Shown here in pieces: positions 1-13,153 of a stretch of 64,000 bases of DNA. The position numbers and the translations under genes were made by a program. The stretch lies in NCBI GenBank assembly GCA_002104905.1, contig MCFE01000017.1, positions 62,001 through 126,000 on the forward strand. The letters run 5' to 3'. Under the pieces are notes generated by a model. The model saw only the letters and a program-made list of their open reading frames with translations, had not been told where the DNA came from and did not search any database. Numbering within the stretch: position 1 is the first letter of the stretch; every line of letters starts with the position of its first letter. Source of the DNA: Basidiobolus meristosporus CBS 931.73. Its lineage: Eukaryota > Fungi > Basidiobolomycota.

Positions 1-361
1 TTTATCAAAGAGGCCAAAGAATCGTTGGGGAATCTAAGCAAGCATGCGAAGAGTGACGCAGTAGCACTTCATGCCGAAAGAGAATTGGAAGAAGTCAAAG
101 AACTGTACTCACTGTACAAGCGAATCAATGACACGGTATGCCTAATATGCGATCACTCTATTCATAAGCAGATGTATAATGCTCACACCCCTGTAGGTGT
201 CGTACGAACCTGTACCGTCGAAAGCAGAATTAACTACCCTGATTCCAGGGGGTCGAAGCGTTTTGGATGCCAAACCTTTTTCCTTACCAAAGCATACATT
301 CAATGCCGCAGATGCTGGCGAATCATCAGGAGAGTATCCGCTCTCTAGAGCTTACTACTAG
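1..361 (+). CDS. 3' end of a BRO1-domain protein, PalC-like (pH-response/ESCRT); runs off the window start
   Basis: Frame 1 reads FIKEAKESLG...YKRINDT. After a GTATGC..CTGTAG intron (136-196) it continues VSYEPVPSKAELTTLIPGGRSVL...RAYY* (TAG 359-361). The NDTV.Y.PVP....L...IP.GR pattern resembles PalC/BRO1 C-termini. Confidence 0.55.
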
Positions 362-571
362 AAAACGAAAATCGCATTTTACAATTGACTAGACATCTGT
401 CCGATTTACTTTTCCCATTCATCGAATAAATTACGGATGCTTATCAGTAAACAAAAGGGCAAGATATCACCTTTATTGAGTACAATGTAAGATATATGCG
501 CGAAAATCTATGAATGCTAGTCGTTATGTATCATGTCTAAAGATTGCCTTGGAATGTGTGTATGTGTAGGC

Positions 572-2837
572 TCACTGGCTCGGTTGATGTGATTCATCTC
601 CGAAATCACTCTCACTAAAACCCTTCCCTCCTCTCTGAACAAATGCGACTGCATTCTCGACGGCCGCTTCGGGACGCTTCTTGTAACTCATTAAAAAACC
701 TTGCAGCTGTGCCATGGAAAATGCTCTGTTGGGGATAATTTCTGCAAATTTCTCAGCGAGTCGTTGTTGCTTTGCGCGATCCAATTGTGGATTCATTGAA
801 TCAACAGGATAGAACCGTTCGAAGAGCTCTCGAGCCTGGTCATTCGTCGCAGCTCCAAAGTATGCACGGACATCAATACGCCCGGGTCTAATCAAAGCGG
901 GGTCAAGATGATCAATATGGCTACAATGTATTAAATTAGTTAAGAACAGAGTATCCGGGAACTAGAAAAGAGTTACTTCGTTGTCATGCAGAGTAAGCGC
1001 CCTTCCTGCAAAAATTGCCATGCAAATTAGTATAACCTTCAACTATGACTTATACGATATACCAACCTGAGCAGCAACGCCATCAATGGCATTCAGTAGA
1101 CCTGTGTAAATTCATTAATTTTCGTATTCTAGAATGACTATCGATCCTCACTACCTACCCGAGAAAGTAACATTGTTCTGGTTCGAGTTTTTATCACGAT
1201 GAACGAATGCTGCGTCTACATCTTCAATGAGTAAAATACACCTACACATTGGTCCCAGGTTAACATTCCAGCCTCAGTAAGGCTACAAAAATAATCGGCT
1301 TACCTGGTGGGAGTATCGGTGACCAACTCCGTTAGCGTATCATCCGTTAGCGATTTGTTGGCAAGGTTGACAACATAGATGTTCAGGCCGAGTTCTCCAG
1401 CTAAAGCATGAATGAATGATGTTTTCCCGCTTCCAGGTGTGCCATATAGTAGATAACCGCGTCTATACCCGCAGAATTAATACAGTGTACACAAATGAGC
1501 GATGTTTATACAAACCTATAGGGAATTCCTCGATCCGAGTACCACGTTTCACTGCTAAGAAACTCACCAGCATCCTCAACTAGGAAAGATTTAAGTCCAC
1601 TCTCCAATACTATTGAGTTGAGCGGTCTTGAGGAGAGTTATTACTGGCAACCAAGCAAACAAATGAGCAATATTTAATATCCTACCTGCGCGGACGAGAA
1701 CGTGTTCTTCTCCAAGTGCTTCATCATACGTTAGTAAGCATCCATTCAATGCGAGGTTTAGTGCTGACTGATTACCCATATTGATCAGCAGCAAATACGA
1801 TGGTGCGAGAGGTGTCACGTTCGATGAACTTTTCTTTGGCCTCGAGAACCAAGTCCTGAAGAACATCACGGCAACGACCTAGAGTGGAAATACTAATGCT
1901 CTCGATATGACTCCCAGCAGTAATATTGGATACTACAGCAGAAGGCTTAATGCGCTCACGCGATAACCATAGCAAACGGCCTTGGTAGGTGAAGAAGTGC
2001 ATTCCAGGCGAAGGAAGTAAATAGACAGGAACTGAATCCTCACCCTCACTAAACATAACTATTAGTAATTCTATGCGGTTAGAATAACTTGGAGAATAAC
2101 ACGACGCTCACTTACCCAGTAATCTTCTGACCAGAGCGAGAGATTGTTGTGGCTACCGAGAACCTTGTGGCTTGTTTACTATATGGATGGTCATTTAACC
2201 AATTCTAGTATATGATAAGTCTCGTTGTTTCGACAATTCTACTAGTATCTCATACTAACTAATATCCAACTGTATGACTCGTCTCGGCTGTCAAACTCTT
2301 CATATACTTTGTTAGGAATGGTTGAGAGTAATAACTGTCACAGAATACCTACCAGCAGTAGTAATATAATTACGCTTAAGATATTCAACCGTGTATCCCC
2401 CCAACATTTTTGCACCGCTATTAATAGAAATTGTGTTTGCCATTAGCTACACTGAGCATTCTAAATATTATAATGGTTTACCTACGCAACTAAACCTCCT
2501 AGCAACGCCAGTTGAAAGCCACCAGAAGCAAACTTGATGTACAATTGAGCGTGTGCTTGCCAAATTTTGAGGGGTAAAGCAAGTTAAAGAGTACCTGGTT
2601 ATCTCCAACACCAATTTTTTCGGATAGATTGGAAAGCACCGACCCTAAGACGCCATTACTCCCTTCATTTTCAACAGCTTCGCGAGTTGGAAAGGAATCG
2701 GGATTAGGTTTTTGACTGAAATATGCTCTGGGAAGTAACGCAAGTGAGCAGGGAACATTTTTCTGTATCCCTATCGTGGAACGTAGCAGGATAGTGGAGT
2801 TTTGTGAGCGCAACAGGTTCCTTGATATGGTTGACAT
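572..2837 (-). CDS. BCS1: BCS1-like mitochondrial AAA ATPase (multi-exon)
   Basis: Spliced reading gives an Arg/Ser-rich presequence-like N-terminus ([12 protein letters not shown]), then [74 protein letters not shown] and a C-terminal RPGRIDV...[14 protein letters not shown]. These are BCS1_N and AAA features. Confidence 0.85.
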
Positions 2838-3319
2838 GATAATTGCGCCCACTACTTCAAAACTCAAACTCTTATCTTTAAGCTACTGCTTTGAAAAATC
2901 TGACCAATTTCATTCAATTTCGGAGGTTCCCGATATGGAAAATGTGATTTCGGGCTCAAGCACAGTTGTCAAAGTTTGTTTGAAAATAGAACCATAATCT
3001 TAGTGAATACACACATGAAATGTATGTCAACCCTTTATGTGATAGAAGCCTTATTCCAGCTACAATAAGAACATATTTGATGGTGATCAGAATAAGTGCA
3101 TATTTACTCATGTTTAGTTAGTGCAAGAGTGAGATATTTATCACTGCTGGCATGATATCTCTGCTGCCTATTGGTCAAAATTCAGTGCGTCCTTAGATGA
3201 CGTTGTGATCATGTCTTTTCAGAAAAGTTAATATGAGTGTGGGCAGAGGAATCGGATATATAGTTACCCAGGTTAAGGGAAGTTAAGAGTTGACCGTTAA
3301 GCGGCTGATTCAGAACCCA

Positions 3320-6300
3320 ATGAACAACCAAGCAAATACTCTTGGGCCTCGAAGGCTAAAGAAGACGTACCTCTTTTCGCTATTCTGTTTGTCCACACTA
3401 TTGTTTCCCTCTGCGGTAGTGGGAGTGAAACGTGAAGACTTCAAGACCTGCGAACAGAGTTCATTCTGCAAACGAAATCGCGACTATGCCGACGCTGCAA
3501 AAACGGATTCTGCTAGCTCACCCTATACTTTAACCACAGATACGCTCAACTTCAAAGATGGTCTCTTGACTGGTGAACTATTGAACACCCAAAACAATGT
3601 TCCCTTTGTTTTCGAGCTCAATGTGCTGGAGAATAGTTCCGCTCGTTTTAGAATGAACGAAAAAACTCCTCTCAAACCCCGCTACGACGAATTGAAGAAT
3701 TATGTCATCACGAATCCCCCAGTTGTCGACAAAGATGCGACATTCTCTGTTGACCAATCCAGTGGCGTTGTAACCTTGCGCCAACCCGAGAGCGATAGTA
3801 CTATTGTGATTCAACCATCCCCTTTCCAAGTCACATTCCTCTCAAAGGGTACTCCTTTAGTGGCATTGAACGAACGTGGCTTCCTGAATTTCGAACATTT
3901 AAGAGAAAAGCCAGCCCCGAAACTTGTGAAACAAGAAGGAGAAAACGCTGAACAGGAAACAACTGAGGATAAGTTCGAAGAGGTCTCCTGGGAGGAACAC
4001 TGGAAAGGAAGCACCGACAGCAGACCTAATGGTACTAATAGAATTTTTCTAATACTCTCATGATATCCTAAACCCTAGCATATAGGACCTTCTTCAATCG
4101 CAATGGATATTACATTCCCTGGTTTTGAGCACGTGTATGGTATCCCTGAGCATGCTTCATCACTCTCTTTGAAGACAACTAGGTAATATGATCATCTCGT
4201 TGACTCTTTATCCATCTTCTTGAAACTCACCCCGTCGATAAACACAGAGGTGGAGAAAATGCATACACTGACCCTTACCGTCTGTACAACTTGGATGTAT
4301 TCGAGTATGAGCTGGATAATCCTATGGCATTGTACGGCTCAATCCCGTTCATGATGGCACATGGCAAGGACAGAACTGTTGGTGTGTTCTGGATGAACGC
4401 AGCCGAAACCTGGATCGATATCGAGAAAGAATCGAAGGATGTAAGTACTTCGAGATGATGCTTATTTCTCTCCATCAGAGCGTACTAATGGGAGTCTCAC
4501 TCGCCACAAACAGAAAAAAACAACTACACAAACCCACTGGATTAGCGAGTCCGGAGTTATAGATATCTTTGTATTCTTGGGTCCGACATCTTCAGATATT
4601 TTCGGTCAATTTTCATCGTTGACCGGGCAGTCTGCACTCCCCCAATCGTTTGCTATCGCGTATCATCAATGTCGTTGGAACTATTTAGACGACAAGGATG
4701 TAGCCTCAGTTGCGGCTGGTTTCGATGAACACGATATACCAGTTGACGTTCTCTGGCTAGATATTGAGCACACGGATGGGAAAAAGTACTTCACTTGGGA
4801 TGAGACCAAATTCCCCGACCCAGTCGCTATGCAGAATTCCCTATCAGTTAAAGGAAGAAAACTGGTTACAATTGTTGATCCCCACATCAAGCGTGAAGAC
4901 AACTACTATATCTTCGAAGAAGCCAAGAAAAACGACCTCTTCATTAAGAATAGTGATGGAAGTGATTTCGATGGATGGTGTTGGCCAGGTAGTTCCTCCT
5001 GGGTCGACTTTACCAACCCGGCTGCCCGCGAATGGTTGATTGAGCAATTTGGCCTTGACAAGTACAAGCATTCTACCGAGTCGCTATTTACCTGGAACGA
5101 TATGAATGAGCCTTCTGTATTCAGTGGACCAGAAATCACTATGCCCAAGGACGCCGTTCATTACGGAAAGTGGGAGCATCGAGATCTCCACAACTATTTT
5201 GGCGTTCTATTCCATGAATCCACCGCCAACGGCCAAATCCAGAGAACCGAAGTTCCAAAGAGACCTTTCGTTCTATCGAGAGCCTTTTATGCCGGCACCC
5301 AGCGTACTAGTGCTATTTGGACTGGAGATAATTTCGCTCGTTGGGATCATCTGGAAGCTTCTGTGCCGATGTTGTTGACCATCGGTATATCCGGTATTCC
5401 GTTTTCTGGAGCTGATGTAGGAGGCTTCTTTGGTAACCCCGAGCCCGAGCTTTTGGTACGCTGGTATCAAGCTGGTGCTTTCCAACCCTTCTTCCGCGCC
5501 CATGCCCACATCGACACCAAACGCCGTGAGCCATGGCTTTTCGGTGAGCCATATACTTCACAAATCAAGCACGCCATTCGTACTAGATACTCTCTTCTTC
5601 CTCTATGGTACACTCTCTTCCATGAGGCAAGCGTCTCTGGCACCCCGGTCATGAGACCAATGTTCGTCAACTATCCTAAAGACGAAGCAGTCTTTGATAT
5701 GGATGACCAGTATATGGTCGGTGAAGCGTTACTAGTCAAGCCTATCGTAACCCCAGATACTGAGTCTACCTCGGTTTATTTCCCTGGAAACAGCCCCTGG
5801 TACAACCTGTTCGACTACAGCTTGGTCCATGGAGGTGGTTTCAAGACCATTGATGCCAAACTTGACAGCATCCCAGTTTTCATTCGTGGAGGAGCCATCA
5901 TACCGAAGAGAGAGCGTATTAGAAGATCCTCTTCCCTGATGAAATGGGATCCGTTCACCCTGGTCATTGCTTTGGACGAGGAAAATAGCGCTCAAGGAGA
6001 ACTGTACCTTGATGATGGTGAATCATACGATTATCAATCGGGTGCCTATGTCCATCGCAAATTTACGTTTACAAACGGGGTTCTCGAGTCGCTCGATGTA
6101 GCCAAGAACAGATCCAAGGATGCCGAGCACTTCATCGAATCCATCAAAACCATCCGAATTGAACGCCTCGTTATTCTTGGCTTGGCCAAGGTCCCCAAAT
6201 CCGCCACATTGGTCTCCTCGGAGCAGAACAAATCATTGCAGATCGATTGTGAACAAAGAGGCACCAACAACAATGTGTGCACTGTCAAGGACCCGGGCTC

Positions 6301-6340
6301 ACGAGTCGGTGAGGATTGGAAGATTGAGCTGGCTTACTGA
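3320..6340 (+). CDS. ROT2: Glucosidase II alpha subunit (GH31)
   Basis: Signal peptide followed by [21 protein letters not shown]31 nucleophile motif [23 protein letters not shown] and [18 protein letters not shown]. Three introns near 4031-4085, 4183-4247 and 4441-4513. Confidence 0.95.
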
Positions 6341-6654
6341 GCATTCGTCGAATGGTCTATTTTCATAATATATTATTGGTTTCGTTACTTAAGTCACTTC
6401 ACGAGTTTGGTTGTATAAAATTGAAGACGAGTGCAATAAACAGGACAATCTCAAAACTCTTGAGAAAATAAACCACATGTGTTATTTACACGGATACTTG
6501 TTTAGGCGCGTCAAATGGAATTAAATTATACGCTTAAGCCGATATGACGAGAATTGAAGTTGCATTTAACTCTATATGCACAGATCCAGCACAGACCCAG
6601 ACAGCAACGATGAAGTGAAATGATGTACAGGACAGACAGGCGCATGTGCATCGA

Positions 6655-8563
6655 TCATCTTCGCCTCTTTTTATCATTTCGGTATGAGGGTGATGATTTC
6701 TTGTAGCTAGGGCTTTGACGATAATCCGACCCACGGCTTCGGTACTTATCTCTAGGTGTGTACGGGCTCTCCCGGTGGCGGCCCTTAATGACGATTTCCC
6801 GTTAGTACGAGTCAAGGCCGTCGGTTTGGCAACCACTTACGTTATCGTGATCATACTGTCTATCTCTTCGGTAGCTTTTCTCACGAGAATAACCCCGGTT
6901 GTAATCTCGATCCTCGTACCTGGGACGATAATCATCGTGGAAGTCTGTCCGATATCTTTTGGCTGGTCTTCTGTCTTCGTCTGCGCGGCTTCTCGAGTTA
7001 CGGTAATTGCTCTTGGCGCTTCCGAAAGCGCTGGAGTCTACGCTGGAATTCTGATCCATCTTGGTCTTCTTGCATTGCTGGAATGGATGTAAGTTAATGG
7101 TGCGAGGTCAGGAGACTCCAGCAAGAAACTTACGTCGCCAAAATGGCCGCAATCACCGCAATTGTAACAGAACATCCGGTCAGACTTGATCTGGGGATCC
7201 GATCCATTCATATCAGAGAGCAGTTCAAGACAAGACTAACCGCGCAATAGTGTCACAAACCTTGGGTGCATTTGGGTTAGCGGTAACATATTGGCGCCAA
7301 ATCAGTGGACATTCCTATAAATGATTTTAGCATGGGTTTAGGGTTTAGCATGGCTTTTTTTGCCATTTGCAGAGACAAACAAAGCAATGAACCTCAGAAT
7401 GATGATGTCGAGACTCGCATCGTCCGCACTCTTTGACTCGGAAAGAACGGGGCTCAGGGCAATCCTGGTGTGATCATCCGTGAGTAAGAGAAACCAGTGC
7501 ACTACGAAATATGAGATCAAGTTTACCCTAGCTCTATGTCCGCGCTTGTTACAGTTATGACAGATCTCTGAAGTAAATAGGCAGTCGCGGGAGGTATGAC
7601 CTTCTTCTCCGCAAATAAAGCACTGTTCAACAGCAGATAATCAACCTGAATGCCATTCTAATGCACACTGTTCAAGACAAACGTACCTTCAAAACAGTAC
7701 AGTCGCGGGCTAGATGACCGTGCTCTTTGCAAATATAACAAGCCTGGCCTTTCTTTCCGGAGTCGGGCTCCATGAAATAGCGGTTCTTTCCCTACAGGCA
7801 CAGAACGCGTTAACATGCATTGCATCGAATCAAGCAATCAACTACATGGCTCACCTTGATATCAGCATCTTCCAAGTATTCGTATTCATCCTCGCTAACT
7901 TTAGAAGAGTCTGGTTGATACTCAGGGATTACATTTTTGTTAGGGGTTATCACTTGGGTAATCATTAAAGGTTCTGTATGTTGAATGGAGGTCTTGTTTA
8001 GGGCAGTTGCACCATCACTTTCTTCTGTTGGGGGAGGTTCTATTGAGGTTTCTGCTTTTGGAACAATCTCTTTCCTCTCTTCCTCTCTGCTTTCGTCCCA
8101 TTCTACACTGGAATCTGAATCCTCGGACGAATCATTCTCCGAGGATACTTCCTGTTTCTTGCTTTTCTTTGATAGACTATATTTTGTATCGCTTTCTTGG
8201 TCCGAGTCGGAGGATTCTTGGCTGCTATCTGAAGCGGTCTCCTCTTCGGGGCTTGTATTGGAGAAAGGGTTACCAATTTTCGAAGGAGTGGAATCAGGGA
8301 ATCTTTTCTCTGAAGAGGGGTTGCCCTGAGCTGGAGTCGACTTTTGACTCTTGGGAGTATAATAGACATGGCTCAAAAGCGTGTCCTCGATGTCGCTATC
8401 CACCTTTTCTCTTCAATGCAAAGAAACGGTTAGTGGATCGAGTGTCGAAAGTGAGTGATGAGTTGGAACGGCAGCTATACCCAGAAGCGTCCGTGTTGTC
8501 ACTATGGTACATATCGTCCTCATATTGGCGATATGCGTCGTAATCATATTCCTCCTCGTACAT
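6655..8563 (-). CDS. AIR2: Air1/Air2 (ZCCHC7)-like five-zinc-knuckle subunit of the TRAMP complex
   Basis: Spliced reading gives an acidic N-terminus and five CCHC knuckles: CYICKEHGHLARDC, CFICGEEGHTSRDC, CHNCNKRGHRARDC, CGRCESRHHHSEEC and CYNCGDCGHFGDQC. The IWRQY motif lies between knuckles 4 and 5, followed by an R/S/D-rich tail. Confidence 0.8.
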
Positions 8564-9142
8564 GTCTTGGCTACTATGTATATATGTCCGATATATTCAC
8601 GTAGGCGCAACGCGACCTATATCGTGCTTCAACCTACGGAAATGATCAACTTGGAATTTTTTGAATTTTTTTTCAGTTCTTGGAATTACATGATTCACTT
8701 AATCCTGCGGATTTGTTCAATATTCTATACAGCAGGTCACCATCAAACGGCGCAATCATTGGGCAACAAGCACCGTCTCATGCTTAACTCCATAGAAGCT
8801 TGAGGTATTTTACTCGAGGCTAGCATACACTGCACAACCATCCCTTGACCTAATCGAATGCTATCAGTTGAGGAAATATATCGATCGTTGTCTTATTGTT
8901 GTTCATTGAGCAAGCATCTATTCACCCATCTGCACACTGTTACACGGAAAAATAAGCAACATTCCTCAAAAAGGTGGGGCGAGATTAATCAAATTTGACT
9001 AACACGCCATATAAAATTCAGGTGGCCAAATTTAGCACACCAAAAAGAAATCACCTCCCCCGCGGGGCATTCTCAATTATTTGGTAAAATTTTTGGTTAC
9101 AAGAACATTTGTCAACCGTCTGCCGAAGTTGCACTTCACAGC

Positions 9143-10190
9143 ATGAATTCGCTTACCCGAGGCCTTCAACTTCTCAAGATTGCTCACAGCACTCAAGCTT
9201 TCGGAACCCTAAGTAAGTTCATGGCATAGAGGAAGATACTTCTGAATATGTTGTTCATACGCGCTGTCTTTTGCTCACTTTAAACTAACCTGACTTATTA
9301 CCTGGTCCGAATTCAGCCAGAGCCTCAGTCTCTGTCGGTTTCACTAGAGCTTTTTCTAGCTCACAAGCCCAAAATGTTGAAATTGCCCCGAAATTTCATC
9401 CTAACGGCAAGCCTCGCAGACTTCGTATCAATGACCCCACCCAATTGCTCCCTGACCTCTCAAAGACCGATCCAGTACTGGATCACTTGACTTCAGAGGA
9501 AGAGAAAATCTTCATGGACCAGTCCGACGACGAATACGGTTTCCTTCCTATACCCGAGAGTCCGCCAGCGGTCGCCAAGAGCGTGGATGAAGAGCTAGTT
9601 TACTCTGAAGAGCTTGGTATTTCCTACGACCAGTTCCGTGGCCTTCAAAAGAAAGTATTGTCCATGAGAAGAACCGTCAACATGACCAGAAAGGGTAAAA
9701 TTCCATCGATGTCCGCTCTTGTTGTTGTTGGAAATGGAAATGGTGCAGCTGGATACGGTGAGGGTAAGGACTCCGATGCCGGTAGAGCGGTCCAGAAAGC
9801 AACCCTTCGTGCCATCAAGAACATCACTTACTTCGATCGTTACGACGACAGAACATTATTCCACGATATTGAGCACAAATTCAAGGCCACCAACCTTTTG
9901 CTGTTTTCCAGACCCCCTGGTAAGCTGAGCAAGAACCATCCGTATACAATGCACGTCCTAACCCTTTTGTAGGCTTTGGAAACAGATCTAACCTGTACGT
10001 CCACGAAATCTGCAAGTGCGTAGGAATCCAAGACATCAGCAGTAAGGTCCGTGGCTCTCGCAACCCCATCAATGTCATCAAGGCTACGTTCGAAGCCCTG
10101 CAAAAGCAAAGAGATCCTGAGCAGATTGCCAAGGCTCGTGGCAAAAAATTAGTGGATGTTCAGCATATGTACTATGGTGCTTCTTCGTAA
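9143..10190 (+). CDS. MRPS5: Mitochondrial ribosomal protein uS5m
   Basis: RRTVNMTRKGKIPSMSALVVVGNGNGAAGYGEGK, then after an intron CKCVGIQDISSKVRGSRNPINVIKATFEAL..QRDPEQIAKARGKK. ATG at 9143, TAA at 10188-10190. Confidence 0.9.
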
Positions 10191-10738
10191 ATCCTCAACC
10201 ACCTTCATTTCTTTTTCACTCGGCATGTTTTAGACTCTTCATTTGAGAAGCTTAACCATCATTGGTCTCAAAACTTCGGAATAAAAACCTCCATTCAGCT
10301 TTATGATGTTTGTGTGCCCCGCGCTCTGGAGCAACCCTTCTCGGCCCCAGCTTTCTGCGCCTTGTCCCGTAGATTAAGCTTGCTAGTGTGGGGCCTGAAA
10401 CTTGGCCATGGGAAAATGATCCGGTGGAGTTCCCGGGCAACGTGGACCACATCAACTCCGCACTCCTACATACACGAAATCCCGTGTGGATCGCAGTGGC
10501 GTGGAAGTAAGCACGAAGGTGATATCTGCGCACTATTAAATTCCACTCCGAAGGTGCATGCTGGCCAGATACATAGCCAGATACATATATATATTGGTGT
10601 AAATCGAGCAGAGCCAGCATCTCGAATATTGTTCCACACCCATCCCCATCTTACTATTGTACTATACCGACTCGATGAATATCTAGTGTTCTACAACAAA
10701 GCCCATCCATATCACAGCCTGTGTACCATCTCACCACT

Positions 10739-11134
10739 ATGTCAAGTGCCACTCCTATTCGCACGCTTAGGGATATCCTCGATATGTTGCATCAGTATCT
10801 CAGGTTTGTAACCTTGAAGCCGTACCTGATGCCAATGCTCGACTACTTCACTCGTTTCAGAGAAAAGGCAGCCCAGCAAACCTACATTATGTTGAAAAAT
10901 CTCCGCTTACCAGACAAGGTTCTAAGGGGCTTTGTTGAGTACGAGGAAACCCCGCAAACACCCATTATCGAGTCAATCGATCAGCTCGAGCGCACTCAGG
11001 ATGCGCTACTTCGCTCTCTGTCACAGCTCATTGATGAGAATGATGAAGGAGTCGATGAGCTATTGGAGATGGTTAGTGAACTCGAGGTGGAGACTAAACG
11101 ACACAACCGGAACTCGCTTCTACTTGAAGATTGA
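10739..11134 (+). CDS. Intronless 131-aa protein, probable ferritin-like four-helix bundle
   Basis: Uninterrupted ORF with amphipathic helical periodicity: two helix pairs separated by a Pro-containing loop. ERTQDALL and VDELLE...E...HNR resemble DUF2383/PA2169-type bundles (recalled, not searched). Confidence 0.45.
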   Translation: MSSATPIRTLRDILDMLHQYLRFVTLKPYLMPMLDYFTRFREKAAQQTYIMLKNLRLPDKVLRGFVEYEETPQTPIIESIDQLERTQDALLRSLSQLIDENDEGVDELLEMVSELEVETKRHNRNSLLLED

Positions 11135-11542
11135 ACATAATTCTGTCCTTTCCTTAATTTATAGATATTTAAACGACCATACAAATTGGATTTCTGACAT
11201 CCATCCAAATATATTAACGAACCACAAAACCAACAGTCATGATGATTATTTAACACCTCCCGTGATCGATAAATTCTGTACGAAATCGGTGACCATCAAT
11301 AAACACCATAAACTATGCACAAATCGGAGCAAGGTTGCATTAGTTATGAACAATTGTTCTTGTTCCAGACATTGATGGTCACAATGAGCTAAATCCAACA
11401 TCAGTTCATGATACGAATGGTTGCGTTGATTTTTTTTTGAACCGAAGTGTAGCAAACGGTTTTTCGGTGTATATTTGCTAGTCTGTTCAATATCCCAATT
11501 ATTTTCCTTTCATTTACCGAGGCGTATTCGAGCTAAAATACA

Positions 11543-12747
11543 ATGTACCTTTGCAACATAAACGAAGTTTCTACATGCGCCAGCTAACCTGTGCTATTTT
11601 GCATTCCTGTTAGGGGTAAGCACTGCCAATTGGTTATGGGTCCCGCCGGAAGCGGAAAGGTAAATCGAGGATCGTTTCTTGGGAGCGGCGGATTGAATGG
11701 TGCTAATTTAAGTGTATACAGTCCACTTTCTGCTCGACGATCATGACACACTGTCAAAGCATAGGCCGATCAGTCCATTTGGTGAACTTGGATCCAGCTG
11801 CCGAGCATTTCACTTATGAGCCCACTATCGGTACCTTAGTTTTGTACATTTGGGAGGAAGAGCTCTCACTAATCCAGTGTTTTGTAGATATTCGTGAGCT
11901 TATCACTCTGGAGGATGTTATGGACGAGCTCGACTATGGACCAAACGGTGGTCTAATCTACTGCCTTGAATATCCTTTAGTTCATATAGATAGATCTGTG
12001 CAGTGTCTACTCATGTTTTGGCTTGTTATCTTTAACGCGAACTCACATTCCTTTTGAACAACATTGACTGGTTGGAAGAAGAGCTTGGGGATTACGAAGA
12101 CGATTATTTGATTTTCGATTGCCCTGGTAAATTGAGCTGACCTTGGAAGCGTAAAGTCCCTGTAGTAATCCCCACATCCCTTCAATTAGGTCAGATCGAG
12201 TTATACACCCATTTCCCTATCATGAAGCGCATGTGTGAGACCCTGCAGCGCTGGAATTTCAGCATATGCGGAGTCTACCTTCTGGAAAGTCAGTTCATTG
12301 AGGACAAATCCAAGTATTTCTCGGGAGTTCTAAGCGCCATGTCAGCAATGATTAATTTGGAGATCCCCCATATCAACGTCATGTCCAAAATGGATCTTGT
12401 CAGTCCCAACCTTAATCCAAGAGAGCTGGATAGATATCTGGAGACCGACCCCACACTACTGATTGACGACGTCAATGCCCATACTAGCCCACGCTTCCAC
12501 AGCCTTAATGAGGCTATTGTGCAATTGGTAGAGTGCCTTTGAGGATTTCTCCAAACCTTGATCGTATCCTAACCCTCGGTAACATTGGTAGATCGACGAC
12601 TATAACATGGTCAACTTCATTCCCCTGAACCCTAGCGATGAAGACTCTATCACTTACACCTTGGCCCAAATCGATAATGCCATGCAGTATGGTGAAGATA
12701 TAGAGCCGAAGGAACCACAGGATGGCGAGGGCGAGTTCGACGACTAG
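11543..12747 (+). CDS. GPN3: GPN-loop GTPase 3
   Basis: [49 protein letters not shown], and [17 protein letters not shown]-type C-terminus. Multi-exon; the start codon is split by an intron. Confidence 0.95.
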
Positions 12748-13153
12748 ATTAATCACTCCTCTCGTTGGAGCAAGTAGCCTGAGCTCTACCCACAGCCTGA
12801 TGGGAGAAACCACTGCCGGTTTGAACCATCCATGCCACCACATGTAATATGAAGTATAGAAACTAGAATATATTCATTAAAGTTACTGTTATTCTATCAA
12901 GTCGAGGTAAATTTGGTAACGGTAACCACTTGACGGTTCCTTGACCAACCTAGTCCAATGGAATATTGAGTACACGGTTGGGGTGCATTTACATTGGTTC
13001 GGAAACCTGTTCACAATCTGCAAGTAATGTTGCATGGAATCAAATTTCTAACTTTCACAAAACTATATAAGCATCTTCGCCCCACTAGATGATCTTTTGA
13101 TACTAGACACCATCCTACCTACCCCCTTTAATTAATCCTCTCGAAAGTATACT

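Noticed and set aside
4681-6368. Many 60-100 aa antisense and off-frame ORFs over ROT2, and likewise over other genes and TEs
   Set aside because: Shadow ORFs of real coding sequence with no independent evidence.
7334-7348. Telomere-like GGGTTTAGGGTTTAG
   Set aside because: Only two units, inside an intron of the Air gene near its branch region; chance level.
10252-10720. Overlapping ORFs on both strands between MRPS5 and the ferritin-like ORF
   Set aside because: No recognisable motif or consistent splice model; I could not tell which frame, if any, is real.
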